From a virus, in IMG/VR virus record IMGVR_UViG_3300028920_002946, positions 118,678 through 182,677 of that record: a DNA stretch of 64,000 nt, one strand, 5' to 3'. This document shows positions 18,501 to 27,694 of this stretch, piece by piece (position 1 is the stretch's first letter; each line of letters opens with the position of its first letter). Under the pieces are notes generated by a model. The model saw nothing but the letters and a program-made list of their open reading frames with translations, was not told where the DNA came from and did no database searches. A program made the position numbers and the translations under genes.

Positions 18501-20786
18501 TTGGACACGATAAAAGGCGTGGTGCAGAGGATAGTGTACGAGGCGGGCTCCAGCGACTTCAAGGTCTTCAGGCTGCGCCGCAAGGACAGATCGATCATAT
18601 CGGTGACGGGCGACTTCCCGAGCCTGATACAGGGCGCCGCCATCGAGGTGCACGGCAACTTCAAGACCCACCCGAAGTACGGCGTGGGGTTCAAGGCCGA
18701 CGCCCACACGCACACGCACGACGGGTCGGCGAGGGGGATGTGCCTGTACCTGATGTCGATCGCCAAATTCGTGGGTCCGGACAAGTCCGCGAGGCTCGCG
18801 GAGCACTTCGGGGAGGGCCTCGAGAAGGTCATCGAGAGCGAGCCGGACAGGCTCACGGAGGTCGAAGGCATCGGCCCGGGCGTGGCGTCGAGCATCGTCG
18901 AGGCTTGGGCCATGAACAAGACGCTCAAGGATGTCAAGATATTCCTGCACGGCCTCGGGCTGACCGACAGGCGCATCCGCAGGATACTGACGTCGTACGG
19001 GCCCGACAGCGAGAGTATTTTGAAGGAGGACCCCTGGAGCCTGACCGTGCACGGGTTCGGGTTCGGGACGTGCGACCACATCGCGCAGAGGCTCGGCAAG
19101 GACAGGGGCGATCCGCTGCGCTGGCGCGGGTTCACGGTTCACGCGCTCGCGAAGTGCTCCGGGGCGGGCCACCTGTTCCTGACCCGCGACAACCTCATCG
19201 CCGCCTACAACCAATACAGCACCGCGTCGCAGTGGCCGTTCATGGACGGGGAGATACTGTGGGGGCACATCGAGCCGCACATCGGGTCCGCCGTGTCCCT
19301 CGGCATGGTGGTCGTCGACGGCCCGCGGCTGTACGGCACCCCCTCGTTTTTCCACGAGAGCGAGTCGGCCCGCCTCGTCCACAAGATGCTCTCCACGGAC
19401 GGGAAGCTGGACCTGGGCAGGGTAAACCCCGACAAGTTCATCGGGAAATACGAGGAGCTGGAGGGCATCACCCTCTCGGACGCGCAGCGGGACGCCGTCC
19501 GCTCCTTCCTGACCGACAAGATGCTCATCATCACGGGCGGCCCGGGGACGGGCAAGACGACCATAGTCCGCGCCCTTGTGTCCATCCTGAGCATGCTCAA
19601 CGCCTCCTTCGAGCTGCTGACGCCGACGGGCATCTCCGCGAAGAAGCTCGGCACGACGGCGGGGTGCCCGGCCTACACGATACACCGGCGGCTCGGCTAC
19701 AAGGGGGATCGGTGGGACTTCAACGCCCTCGTCAAGTACCCGACGCAGGCCGTCATAGTCGACGAGACGTCCATGGTGGACCAGGAGGTGCTGTACAGGC
19801 TGCTGTCGGCGCTCCTGCCGTCCACGAAGATCGTGTTCGTCGGCGACAACGACCAGCTCCCGTCCGTCGGCCCGGGGTCGGTGCTGCGGGAGCTGATCGA
19901 GTCGGGGTGCGTCAAGACGATATTCCTGGACAAGATATTCAGGCAGGAGCGCCAGTCGGACATCATCAAGGCGGCGAAGAGGATACGCGACGGGGACCCC
20001 GACCTGTCCCTGTTCAAGGCCGACAAGGCGGCCGACATATGGCTCGTCCGGGGCAGGGACCACTCGGCGCTGGAGAGGACGGTCGTGTCGCTGGCGACGC
20101 AGATCATGGCGCACAACCGGGCCTCCGCGGACAAGAAGCACTTCCAGATCATAACGCCTCGCAACAGCGGCCCGCTGAGCGTGGACTCCCTGAACGAGGC
20201 CCTGCAGGCGGCCCTGAACCCGCCGTCGCCCGACAAGAAGGAGTTCATGGTGAACCGGGTTCCGATACGCAAGGGCGACCGGGTCATCGTGAAGAAGAAC
20301 AACTACCAGCTGGAGGTGTTCAACGGCGACATCGGCAAGGTGGCGTTCGTGACGCCCGACCACGTGACCGTGGACATAGAGGATTACAACGATGCGACCC
20401 GGCGAGTGGACATACCGATGCGCGAGGCCGACGAAATGCTGCGGATGGCGTATGCCATAACGGTGCACCGGGCGCAGGGCCTGGAGTACCCGCTGGTGAT
20501 CATGCCGTTCGTGCAGGCCCACGGCCGCATGCTCCTGCAGCGCAACCTCCTCTACACGGCCTTGACGCGCGCAAAGCGCAAGGTCATAGTGCTGGGGCAG
20601 GCGAGCGCCTTGGAGAAGGCGATAGCGAACGACAGGATACAGCGCAGGAACACCCTCCTCGCGGAGCGCATCAGGCAGTGGGGGAGGGGCGAGGGGCGCA
20701 CGCTTCGGTCGCTGTTCCCGAACCCGGAGGATTACAGAGCGGCCGAAACCCTGAAAAGGCTGCTTTCGTACGAGGCAAACTCCTGA
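18501..20786 (+). CDS. recD2: RecD2-like SF1B helicase
   Basis: HhH repeats, ITGGPGTGKTT, VDETSM, VGDNDQLPSVGPG, YAITVHRAQG. Confidence 0.92.
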   Translation: MDTIKGVVQRIVYEAGSSDFKVFRLRRKDRSIISVTGDFPSLIQGAAIEVHGNFKTHPKYGVGFKADAHTHTHDGSARGMCLYLMSIAKFVGPDKSARLAEHFGEGLEKVIESEPDRLTEVEGIGPGVASSIVEAWAMNKTLKDVKIFLHGLGLTDRRIRRILTSYGPDSESILKEDPWSLTVHGFGFGTCDHIAQRLGKDRGDPLRWRGFTVHALAKCSGAGHLFLTRDNLIAAYNQYSTASQWPFMDGEILWGHIEPHIGSAVSLGMVVVDGPRLYGTPSFFHESESARLVHKMLSTDGKLDLGRVNPDKFIGKYEELEGITLSDAQRDAVRSFLTDKMLIITGGPGTGKTTIVRALVSILSMLNASFELLTPTGISAKKLGTTAGCPAYTIHRRLGYKGDRWDFNALVKYPTQAVIVDETSMVDQEVLYRLLSALLPSTKIVFVGDNDQLPSVGPGSVLRELIESGCVKTIFLDKIFRQERQSDIIKAAKRIRDGDPDLSLFKADKAADIWLVRGRDHSALERTVVSLATQIMAHNRASADKKHFQIITPRNSGPLSVDSLNEALQAALNPPSPDKKEFMVNRVPIRKGDRVIVKKNNYQLEVFNGDIGKVAFVTPDHVTVDIEDYNDATRRVDIPMREADEMLRMAYAITVHRAQGLEYPLVIMPFVQAHGRMLLQRNLLYTALTRAKRKVIVLGQASALEKAIANDRIQRRNTLLAERIRQWGRGEGRTLRSLFPNPEDYRAAETLKRLLSYEANS

Positions 20787-22306
20787 TGCCCGGCGTGTAC
20801 TACAACGAGATAGATCCCAAGGCCGCCGCATGGTTGAGGCAGCTAATGGAGGACGGTCTGATACCCAGGGGGGTAGTCGATGAACGAAGCATCGCGGAGG
20901 TTGGAGACGATGAACCTCTTCGATACACCCAATGCCACTTCTTCGCAGGCATCGGGGGGTGGGCAAGGAGCCTCCGGCTCGCGGGGTGGCCGGAGGACAG
21001 GCCAATCTGGACAGGGTCGTGCCCCTGCCAGCCGTTCTCGAACGCCGGTAAGCGAAAAGGTGCGGGCGATTCGCGCCACCTCTGGCCAGAGTTCTTCCGC
21101 CTCATCGAGGAGTGTCGACCTCCAACTGTCGTTGGAGAGCAGGTTGCGAGCGCGGATGGGCGCCTCTGGCTCGCCGGAGTACGGGCTGATCTGGAGACAT
21201 TGGGATATGGCGTTGGGGGCGCCGATCTGTGCGCTGCGGGGGTCGGTGCCCCGCACATCAGGCAACGGCTCTGGTGGGTCGCAGACTCCGACGGCGGGGG
21301 CCCAGCGCAAGAGCAGGCGGGCGATAATGAAGTCGGTGGACAACGGCCGGAGGTCGGGCGGCGGTCAGTCAAGCTCGCCGGGCCTGGGGCAGGGGGCGGA
21401 GCCGACCAGGGGGAAGTCGGGGCTGCAGGACGCGGCGGGGTGGCCCACGCCACAGACGTACGACGTGGGCGAGGCCCGCAAGGACAGAATGCCAGGGCAG
21501 ATGCCGACCCACTCGTATCGTTGGAATCTGAAGGATGCGGCGCAGATAGTGGACAACAGGGCCGGGTGGCGGTCCCCAAATCTCGGGAGCGGGATAACGC
21601 TGGACAGGCTGGTGACGAAGGACGGGGAGCCGTGGACTCCGGGTCAGAGGGCCTACGACAAGGACACGGGAAGGCTGTGCGAGGTGGGCCTGGACCAGGA
21701 GGTGCAGCTGGCGGGGTGGCTCAGCCCGCAGGCGGACGACTCGAGAGGGGTCGGCGGGGCCGGGAGCAGGGAGAACCACCAGTCGATGCTCCACCACCAG
21801 GTGCAAAAGGCGGAGGGCGCGGCGGGGTGGCCGACGGCCCGGGCGACGGATTCGATAGTCCGGCACAGCCAGCGGTGGATGAGGAAGCGGATCGAGGAGC
21901 ACAGGGACGTGGATTTGACGACGATGGCGAACACGGCGGGGTATCCGACGCCGAGGACGGTGACGGGCGGCCCCGAGAGCGGAGAGAGGAAAAAGGAGCT
22001 GGGGAGGACGAAGAGCGGCGGGGGCGACCTGCAGTCGGCGGCGCTCCTGTTTGGAACGGGCCAACCGAGTGGCACATCTGCTCAGACGGGAAGGCCAGGA
22101 GGATTCCGGCTCAATCCGTTCTTCGCGGGGTGGATGATGGGATACCCGAGGGAATGGACCTTTTCGGGGCTGAGGGCTGTTACCCGCTCGCCCGGAAAAT
22201 CGAAGGGCGGTCGCCAATCCTCAAAGGGTACGGCAACGCGATAGTGCCGCAGGTCGGCGCGGAGTTTGTCATGGCCTATTTGGAAACGACCGAAAGCGCG
22301 AGGTAG
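20786..22306 (+). CDS. C5 cytosine DNA methyltransferase 2 (alpha-type chain)
   Basis: HFFAGIGG, SCPCQPFS, GEQV, HIRQRLWW, LKGYGNAIVPQ; central part is low-complexity in this frame; no motif IX. Confidence 0.88.
   Translation: MPGVYYNEIDPKAAAWLRQLMEDGLIPRGVVDERSIAEVGDDEPLRYTQCHFFAGIGGWARSLRLAGWPEDRPIWTGSCPCQPFSNAGKRKGAGDSRHLWPEFFRLIEECRPPTVVGEQVASADGRLWLAGVRADLETLGYGVGGADLCAAGVGAPHIRQRLWWVADSDGGGPAQEQAGDNEVGGQRPEVGRRSVKLAGPGAGGGADQGEVGAAGRGGVAHATDVRRGRGPQGQNARADADPLVSLESEGCGADSGQQGRVAVPKSRERDNAGQAGDEGRGAVDSGSEGLRQGHGKAVRGGPGPGGAAGGVAQPAGGRLERGRRGREQGEPPVDAPPPGAKGGGRGGVADGPGDGFDSPAQPAVDEEADRGAQGRGFDDDGEHGGVSDAEDGDGRPRERREEKGAGEDEERRGRPAVGGAPVWNGPTEWHICSDGKARRIPAQSVLRGVDDGIPEGMDLFGAEGCYPLARKIEGRSPILKGYGNAIVPQVGAEFVMAYLETTESAR
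20880..22244 (+). CDS. Overprinted partner (beta-type) ORF with about six GWPTP-type modules and a motif-IX-like end
   Basis: LQLSLESRL, repeated AGW(P/R/L)(T/S)P units, RLNPFFAGWMMGYPREW. Confidence 0.75.
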   Translation: MNEASRRLETMNLFDTPNATSSQASGGGQGASGSRGGRRTGQSGQGRAPASRSRTPVSEKVRAIRATSGQSSSASSRSVDLQLSLESRLRARMGASGSPEYGLIWRHWDMALGAPICALRGSVPRTSGNGSGGSQTPTAGAQRKSRRAIMKSVDNGRRSGGGQSSSPGLGQGAEPTRGKSGLQDAAGWPTPQTYDVGEARKDRMPGQMPTHSYRWNLKDAAQIVDNRAGWRSPNLGSGITLDRLVTKDGEPWTPGQRAYDKDTGRLCEVGLDQEVQLAGWLSPQADDSRGVGGAGSRENHQSMLHHQVQKAEGAAGWPTARATDSIVRHSQRWMRKRIEEHRDVDLTTMANTAGYPTPRTVTGGPESGERKKELGRTKSGGGDLQSAALLFGTGQPSGTSAQTGRPGGFRLNPFFAGWMMGYPREWTFSGLRAVTRSPGKSKGGRQSSKGTATR

Positions 22307-22307
22307 G

Positions 22308-23198
22308 ATGGGCGGGGCGTATTACAACGAGATAGATCCCAAGGCCGCGGCATGGCTCAGGGAACTCATAAAGGAAGGGCTGATACCCGATGGAGAAGTC
22401 GATGAACGGAGCGTCGCCGAAGTTGGAGACGATGAACCTCTTCGATACACCCAATGCCACTTCTTCGCAGGCATCGGGGGGTGGGCAAGGAGCCTCCGGC
22501 TCGCAGGCTGGCCCGACGACCGACCGGTCTGGACGGGATCCTGCCCCTGCCAGCCATTCTCCTGTGCGGGGCGCGGACTCGGAACTGACGACCCCCGCCA
22601 TCTTTGGCCCCAGTTCAGAAGGCTCGTCGCCGAGTGCCGCCCTCCAGTCGTCTTTGGAGAGCAGGTTGCGAGCAAGGCTGGGCGCCTATGGCTCTCCGGA
22701 ATACAGGCTGACCTGGAAGCATTGGGATATGCCGTCGGGGCTGCCGATCTGTGCGCTGCGGGCATCGGCGCGCCGCATATCAGGCAAAGGCTCTGGTGGG
22801 TGGCCGACTCCAATGCAGATGGATCATTGGATGACGAACAATCCGAGGAAGGACGGGAGACAGAACCAACTTCCAAACATAGCGGCGCAGGCGGGATGGC
22901 CCAGCCCGATGGCAAACGAGAAGCGCAACCGCACGGTGAACCGGACGAACCCGGGGGCGGCGTGGGAGCCGAAGACAAGCCTGACGGACCTCGCATACAT
23001 GGATTCTGGGCGGACGCAGCCTACATCCCCTGTGCAGACGGAAAAGCGAGGCGCATTGAACCCGGAATTAGCCCGTTGGCTTATGGGGTATCCGGCAGAG
23101 TGGGGCTCCTGCGGGGCTACGGCAATGCGATCGTTCCAGAAGTCGCGGCGGAGTTCGTCCGGGCGTACACGGAGGTGAAGAATGAAAGTGCTGGTTGA
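22308..23198 (+). CDS. C5 cytosine DNA methyltransferase 3 (paralog of methylase 2)
   Basis: Same motifs; 5' DNA nearly identical to 20786-21000. Confidence 0.88.
   Translation: MGGAYYNEIDPKAAAWLRELIKEGLIPDGEVDERSVAEVGDDEPLRYTQCHFFAGIGGWARSLRLAGWPDDRPVWTGSCPCQPFSCAGRGLGTDDPRHLWPQFRRLVAECRPPVVFGEQVASKAGRLWLSGIQADLEALGYAVGAADLCAAGIGAPHIRQRLWWVADSNADGSLDDEQSEEGRETEPTSKHSGAGGMAQPDGKREAQPHGEPDEPGGGVGAEDKPDGPRIHGFWADAAYIPCADGKARRIEPGISPLAYGVSGRVGLLRGYGNAIVPEVAAEFVRAYTEVKNESAG
22390..23178 (+). CDS. Overprinted partner (beta-type) ORF with two GWP(T/S)P modules
   Basis: LQSSLESRL, GWPTP, GWPSP, ALNPELARWLMGYPAEW. Confidence 0.75.
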   Translation: MEKSMNGASPKLETMNLFDTPNATSSQASGGGQGASGSQAGPTTDRSGRDPAPASHSPVRGADSELTTPAIFGPSSEGSSPSAALQSSLESRLRARLGAYGSPEYRLTWKHWDMPSGLPICALRASARRISGKGSGGWPTPMQMDHWMTNNPRKDGRQNQLPNIAAQAGWPSPMANEKRNRTVNRTNPGAAWEPKTSLTDLAYMDSGRTQPTSPVQTEKRGALNPELARWLMGYPAEWGSCGATAMRSFQKSRRSSSGRTRR

Positions 23199-23556
23199 GT
23201 TCCTCAAGTTGAAGTTCGTAGAGACAAGCGGGGCCATCAAGTCGCTTGGAAGATGCCTGCTCGAGTTTTCGGTTGTGCTGGCTCTGATGGTTGCCGCAGC
23301 AGTTGCCATGTGGATTCCGGGGTATCTGGCGATAGGGATCCTCGCATGGGTCAACATGCCGTTGGTTGTGGTTATCCTGAATTCATTCGAATCCGATGCA
23401 CTCTTGTGCGGACCAATCTTGATGGCATCGGCGCTCACAATCCTCGGGCTATTGGGTTTTCTTGCCTGGGAGATGCTCAAATGGCTGCACTCCAATTGGG
23501 AACAGGCGAAGAGAAACGTTCAGGATCGGGAGTCGGCAGGTCAGATTTCAGGTTAA
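23182..23556 (+). CDS. Membrane protein
   Basis: Multiple hydrophobic segments. Confidence 0.55.
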   Translation: MKVLVEFLKLKFVETSGAIKSLGRCLLEFSVVLALMVAAAVAMWIPGYLAIGILAWVNMPLVVVILNSFESDALLCGPILMASALTILGLLGFLAWEMLKWLHSNWEQAKRNVQDRESAGQISG

Positions 23557-23581
23557 ATCCGGCCGCCCGCGGTAGTATATT
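23553..23581 (+). promoter_or_regulatory. Promoter TTAAAT-17-TATATT
   Basis: Heads the recombination/replication block. Confidence 0.6.
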
Positions 23582-23680
23582 CGGTTAGGCGGCAAAGTTT
23601 CAGGTTCCGAGCGCACCCGATCGGGTGCAAAAAAGCGTCAGACGGCAACGTCATACCCGAACGGGTATAAAGGAGAACAC

Positions 23681-24730
23681 ATGAGCGTCGAACCCGCCGT
23701 GATCTACGACGAACTCCTTGCGGTCAAGGTCGAATTGGACTTCGAGGACGACCCCCGCCCCTCCACCCTGCAGGACAAGATCATCGAGTGCAACGGGGCC
23801 ATGCGCAAGGTCGAGAAGCGCATGATACAGGTGACCCGCGAACTCGCGGGGCGCGAGAAGGATCTCAAGATCGAGGAGGCCCGCCTGGAGGTCAAGAAGC
23901 GCAGCCTTCTGATCAACGACCCTGAGATAAAGAAGAAGCCGACCGGCAAGGAGCGGGAGGCGGCCGCGGACGAGATGCTCGAAGGTGATCTCAAGAAGCT
24001 TCTCGATATGGGGAACGCGGTGGCGGAACTGCACAACCTGCAGTCCTCCATCAAGCTGGTCCACCAGAACTTGAAGACGACCAACTCCGACATCCGCACT
24101 CTCATGCGGATTATGGAGCAGCAGATATCCAGGCTCAACGTCGGCACGAGGGACGACAAAGAGGTCAAGGATCTCATGGACGGCCTGGGGGAGGCCGACG
24201 AACTGGACGGGGAGATGACGTTGGACGATGTCGAGTCATCGGCCGAGGGGGACGAGGCGCGGGAGCCGGACGGCCCGGCAGGGGAGGGGATCCAAGATCA
24301 GACGGACACCCCCTCCGACGGGGACGGTAGCGACGGCGCCGAGGACGAACTCGATTCGCTGGAGTCGTTCATCGCCGACGGGGATTCGGAGTCCAATGGG
24401 GGCGAAGAGGCCCCCGACGACGAACCCAAAGGCGACGGCGACGACGGATCCGCTCAATCGGCGGTCGCGATCGAAGGCGAGCCAGACAACGCTCAAAACG
24501 TAGACGCGACGGAGGCCGCCGGAAACGGCGGCGGAGGATCCGACGAAGGGGGGCTCGACATCGACTTGGGCGACATCCTGGGGGGCGACGCGGAGGCGGC
24601 GCCACCGAAACCCCAGGACAAGCCCGCGGAGCCGGCGGGGGAGACGAAGCCGGAGGGGCCGCCCCCCAAGCAGGATGGTTCGGGGGACGACTTCGACATC
24701 GAGGACCTCCTTGGGAGCCTCGATGTCTAG
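23681..24730 (+). CDS. Coiled-coil protein with long acidic tail (possibly UvsY-like recombination mediator)
   Basis: Helical N-terminal half, D/E/G-rich C-terminal half; upstream of SSB and RecA. Confidence 0.5.
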   Translation: MSVEPAVIYDELLAVKVELDFEDDPRPSTLQDKIIECNGAMRKVEKRMIQVTRELAGREKDLKIEEARLEVKKRSLLINDPEIKKKPTGKEREAAADEMLEGDLKKLLDMGNAVAELHNLQSSIKLVHQNLKTTNSDIRTLMRIMEQQISRLNVGTRDDKEVKDLMDGLGEADELDGEMTLDDVESSAEGDEAREPDGPAGEGIQDQTDTPSDGDGSDGAEDELDSLESFIADGDSESNGGEEAPDDEPKGDGDDGSAQSAVAIEGEPDNAQNVDATEAAGNGGGGSDEGGLDIDLGDILGGDAEAAPPKPQDKPAEPAGETKPEGPPPKQDGSGDDFDIEDLLGSLDV

Positions 24731-24746
24731 CGAGGGCCGGAAGGGC

Positions 24747-25064
24747 ATGGACATAGGCCAGATCGTCATGGACGGCATGAGAGACGTCGTCCGCGAGCGC
24801 CTCGGCGAAAAGGCCGCGTCCAAGCTTGACTGCAAGGATGCGCGGAAGCGCATCTCCAAGAGGGTCTTCCAGTACTTATTCCACGAGCTGTTGGCCACCG
24901 GGAAGGTGCGACTCCCGCCCGGGCTCGGCACGCTGCAGGTGATGGGCGTGAAGCGGAAGGTGGTCAAGGTCTTCGACAAAAAGAGCAACACAATGGTCGA
25001 GAGGCGTGTGAGCGGCAAAAGGGTCGTTTACAGGCCGGGAGACACAATCCGCGAATTCCTATAG
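24747..25064 (+). CDS. HU/IHF-like DNA-binding protein
   Basis: GKVRLPPGLGTLQV...RVVYRPGDTIRE pattern. Confidence 0.65.
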   Translation: MDIGQIVMDGMRDVVRERLGEKAASKLDCKDARKRISKRVFQYLFHELLATGKVRLPPGLGTLQVMGVKRKVVKVFDKKSNTMVERRVSGKRVVYRPGDTIREFL

Positions 25065-25086
25065 GGAGCGCAAGAGGAGAGTAGCC

Positions 25087-25728
25087 ATGGCTGTTGAGGA
25101 GTTTGGATTCGACAGGGAAGACATCCAGCCCACCAGGTTCAAGAAGTACAAGGGCAAGGCCGGAAAGACAGACCGCGTCGCCATCGTGTTCGACGAGGGG
25201 CAGAAGCCCTGCGTCGGCGCTACGTGCCACTTCAAGGACAGGTACTTCCTGTGCAAGAGCACGGACGAGAAGAAGGAGATCTGCTGCCTGCACAGCTACG
25301 AAGGGAACATACCGAAGACGCGGGTGGCATGCATCATCATCATCTACGACATCGCCGAGAAGGAGGGCAAGAAGTCCCTCCGGGGCTACGAGCTGATCCC
25401 GTGGATCTTCAGCGAGGCGACCTACAGGAAGCTCAACATCCTCGGCAAGGAGTGGCCGCTGGACAAGCACGACCTCCTGCTGACGTGCACGAACGAGGAT
25501 TTCCAGACCATCGAGGTCAACAACTGCAAGGAGTGCTTCTGGAAGTCCAGCGACGACCTCAAGAGGAAGATCATCGCCGAGGCCGACAAGCTGCGGCCGA
25601 CGCTCGGGCGCCAGCTCGCCGCCGATCTCAGCATCTCGGAGATCCGTGAGCAGCTGGGCATCGACGCCCCGGGCGCCGAGGACGCCGCCGTCGACGTGAA
25701 CATCGGCGACGTCGTCGGGAACCTGTAG
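25087..25728 (+). CDS. Putative single-stranded DNA-binding protein (gp32-like)
   Basis: Cys cluster, aromatic core, acidic tail, position next to ruvC/recA. Confidence 0.55.
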   Translation: MAVEEFGFDREDIQPTRFKKYKGKAGKTDRVAIVFDEGQKPCVGATCHFKDRYFLCKSTDEKKEICCLHSYEGNIPKTRVACIIIIYDIAEKEGKKSLRGYELIPWIFSEATYRKLNILGKEWPLDKHDLLLTCTNEDFQTIEVNNCKECFWKSSDDLKRKIIAEADKLRPTLGRQLAADLSISEIREQLGIDAPGAEDAAVDVNIGDVVGNL

Positions 25729-25731
25729 CCC

Positions 25732-26451
25732 ATGCCGCGCATTCTCGGGCTGGATCCATCCCTGCAGAAGGCGGGGTACGTCGTATTGGACAGCGGCGGC
25801 CCGGACTCGGAGACGGTCGAGAGGGGGCTCCTCAAGACGTCGCCGAGGGACGGCGTCACCGTCCAGAGGCTCGTGATCCAGTCCGAGCGCGTGGGCGCGC
25901 TCATGTCGAGGCACGGAATCAGGTTCGTGGGCATGGAGGCCCCGTTCTTCGGGGCGGGAAGCACGGAGGTGCTGTTCGCGCTGAACCAATTCCTCCACCG
26001 GGTCTTTTTGGACGCCGGGGCCTACGTGGTGTGTTTCCCGCCCCAGATGCTGAAGAAGCTGGTGTTCCCCGACACGAGCGTGGCCGAGGTCCACAAGCCG
26101 CACATGATCCACAGGGCAAAAGAGGCCTTGGGCCTCGTCGGAAAGAGGCTCGCGGAGGATGTCGCGGACGCCTATTGGGCCGGGATCTTCGGCGAGAGGT
26201 TCTACAGGTGGCACATAGAAAAGACGCTGCCGACGGAGGGGCTCGGCGAGTACGAGCGGCACACCTTCTGCGGCAAGCACGAGTACACCCGCGGCCCGAA
26301 GAAGGGCTACACCGATCTCACCGGGATCGTGTACAGGGAGAACGAACTGTTCTTCGACTTTGAGGCCATCAAAAGGAGAGCGAAGGAAGCCCATGCCAAG
26401 AAAAAAGCCGAAGCAAAAGTCAAAGGCGCCAAAAGAGCCAAGCAGCGGTAA
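25732..26451 (+). CDS. ruvC: RuvC-like Holliday junction resolvase
   Basis: ILGLDPS, VGMEAPF, EDVADA catalytic acidic residues. Confidence 0.85.
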   Translation: MPRILGLDPSLQKAGYVVLDSGGPDSETVERGLLKTSPRDGVTVQRLVIQSERVGALMSRHGIRFVGMEAPFFGAGSTEVLFALNQFLHRVFLDAGAYVVCFPPQMLKKLVFPDTSVAEVHKPHMIHRAKEALGLVGKRLAEDVADAYWAGIFGERFYRWHIEKTLPTEGLGEYERHTFCGKHEYTRGPKKGYTDLTGIVYRENELFFDFEAIKRRAKEAHAKKKAEAKVKGAKRAKQR

Positions 26452-27691
26452 GGCGTCCGACGCCGAGGCCCTCGCCTTCATAGAGGGTTTGAAGAAGGAG
26501 GGCGTCGTCGGCGACATCAAGAAGAAGATCGACTTCGTGTCGACCGGATCGTGGGTCGTCAACCGCCTCATCGGCGACGGCACCCACGACGACCGCCCGG
26601 GCGGCGTGCCGCGCGGATACATGACGGAGATATATGGCGACGAGGGGTGCGGCAAGACGACCCTCGGGCTGCACATCGCCAAACAGGCCATCGACGCGGG
26701 CGAACGCGTGGTCTACGCGGACTTCGAGAAGAGCCTCCGGACGCAGTTCAAGTACATAGAGAACATCGGGCTGGACATTTCGCCGCCGAATTTCCTCCAT
26801 CTCGAGCCGAACAACTTCGAGGAGGGCGTGAAGCTCATCGGGAAGGCGATGATGATGCTGTCCCCGGCGGTCATCATCGTGGACTCGGTGACGACCATGA
26901 TACCGAAGGCCGCGTTCGAGGCCGACGCCGACGAGGGCGTCCAGGTCGGGCTCCACGCGAAGCTGACCGGCTCGTGGCTGAATTGGATGCAGAAGCGTTT
27001 GACGAGGAAGAACGTCGCCCTCGTGCTCATCAACCAGATGCGGAGCAACATCAAGACCGACATCTACGACACCGCCCCGAAGGAGATAACTTCCGGCGGC
27101 CGCGCCATCCGGTTCTACACGACGGTCAGAGTCCACATGCGGACGTCGTCCAAAGAGATGGTCGACAACATAAGCGTCATCACCGGGGTGTCCGAAAAGA
27201 AAGCCATCAGCCAGACCATCAAGGTCTTCATCGAGAAGAACAAGCTGGACATGCCGTTCAAGTCCGGGCCGATCTACATCCAGTTCGGGCAGGGCATCGA
27301 CAACGTCCTGTCGCTCGTCGAACTGGCATGCAACCGCAAGATCATCAAGGGGAGCGGCGCCTGGTTCTCGTGGGAGGACAAGGACACCGGGCTCTCGTTC
27401 AAGGTGCAGGGAAAGTCGGCCCTCAAGAAGCACCTCGAGGAGAACCCCGAGATACTCGAGGTCATCAAGCCCAAGCTCGTCCCCAGCCGCGACGAAACCG
27501 AGATGGACAACGCGATGAGGAAGCTTGAGGCCAGGGGCATCGGCAACCTCACCAAGGAGGAGAAGGAGCAGCTGAAGGCGATACGCAAGGCCAAGGGGAT
27601 GTCCGTCAACGACCTCGACATGAATTCGGAGGACGCCGACGACCTCGCCGAGCTGGAAGAGGCCATCGACACGGGCAAGAAGGAGGAGTAG
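26393..27691 (+). CDS. recA: RecA recombinase
   Basis: EIYGDEGCGKTT, IIVDSV, LINQMR, SGGRAIRFY, IEKNK..PFK. Confidence 0.95.
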   Translation: MPRKKPKQKSKAPKEPSSGKASDAEALAFIEGLKKEGVVGDIKKKIDFVSTGSWVVNRLIGDGTHDDRPGGVPRGYMTEIYGDEGCGKTTLGLHIAKQAIDAGERVVYADFEKSLRTQFKYIENIGLDISPPNFLHLEPNNFEEGVKLIGKAMMMLSPAVIIVDSVTTMIPKAAFEADADEGVQVGLHAKLTGSWLNWMQKRLTRKNVALVLINQMRSNIKTDIYDTAPKEITSGGRAIRFYTTVRVHMRTSSKEMVDNISVITGVSEKKAISQTIKVFIEKNKLDMPFKSGPIYIQFGQGIDNVLSLVELACNRKIIKGSGAWFSWEDKDTGLSFKVQGKSALKKHLEENPEILEVIKPKLVPSRDETEMDNAMRKLEARGIGNLTKEEKEQLKAIRKAKGMSVNDLDMNSEDADDLAELEEAIDTGKKEE

Positions 27692-27694
27692 GGT

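Noticed and set aside
18740-20785. N-terminal 682 codons of the 1188-aa ORF
   Set aside because: Off-frame shadow of recD2; the real methylase starts at the ATG overlapping the recD2 stop (20786).
17499-21005. 1168-aa minus-strand ORF and similar long ORFs (e.g. 26420-28093, 15959-17416, 40546-42375, 46616-48265)
   Set aside because: Antisense shadows of real high-GC genes; no recognisable motifs, RBS or promoter.
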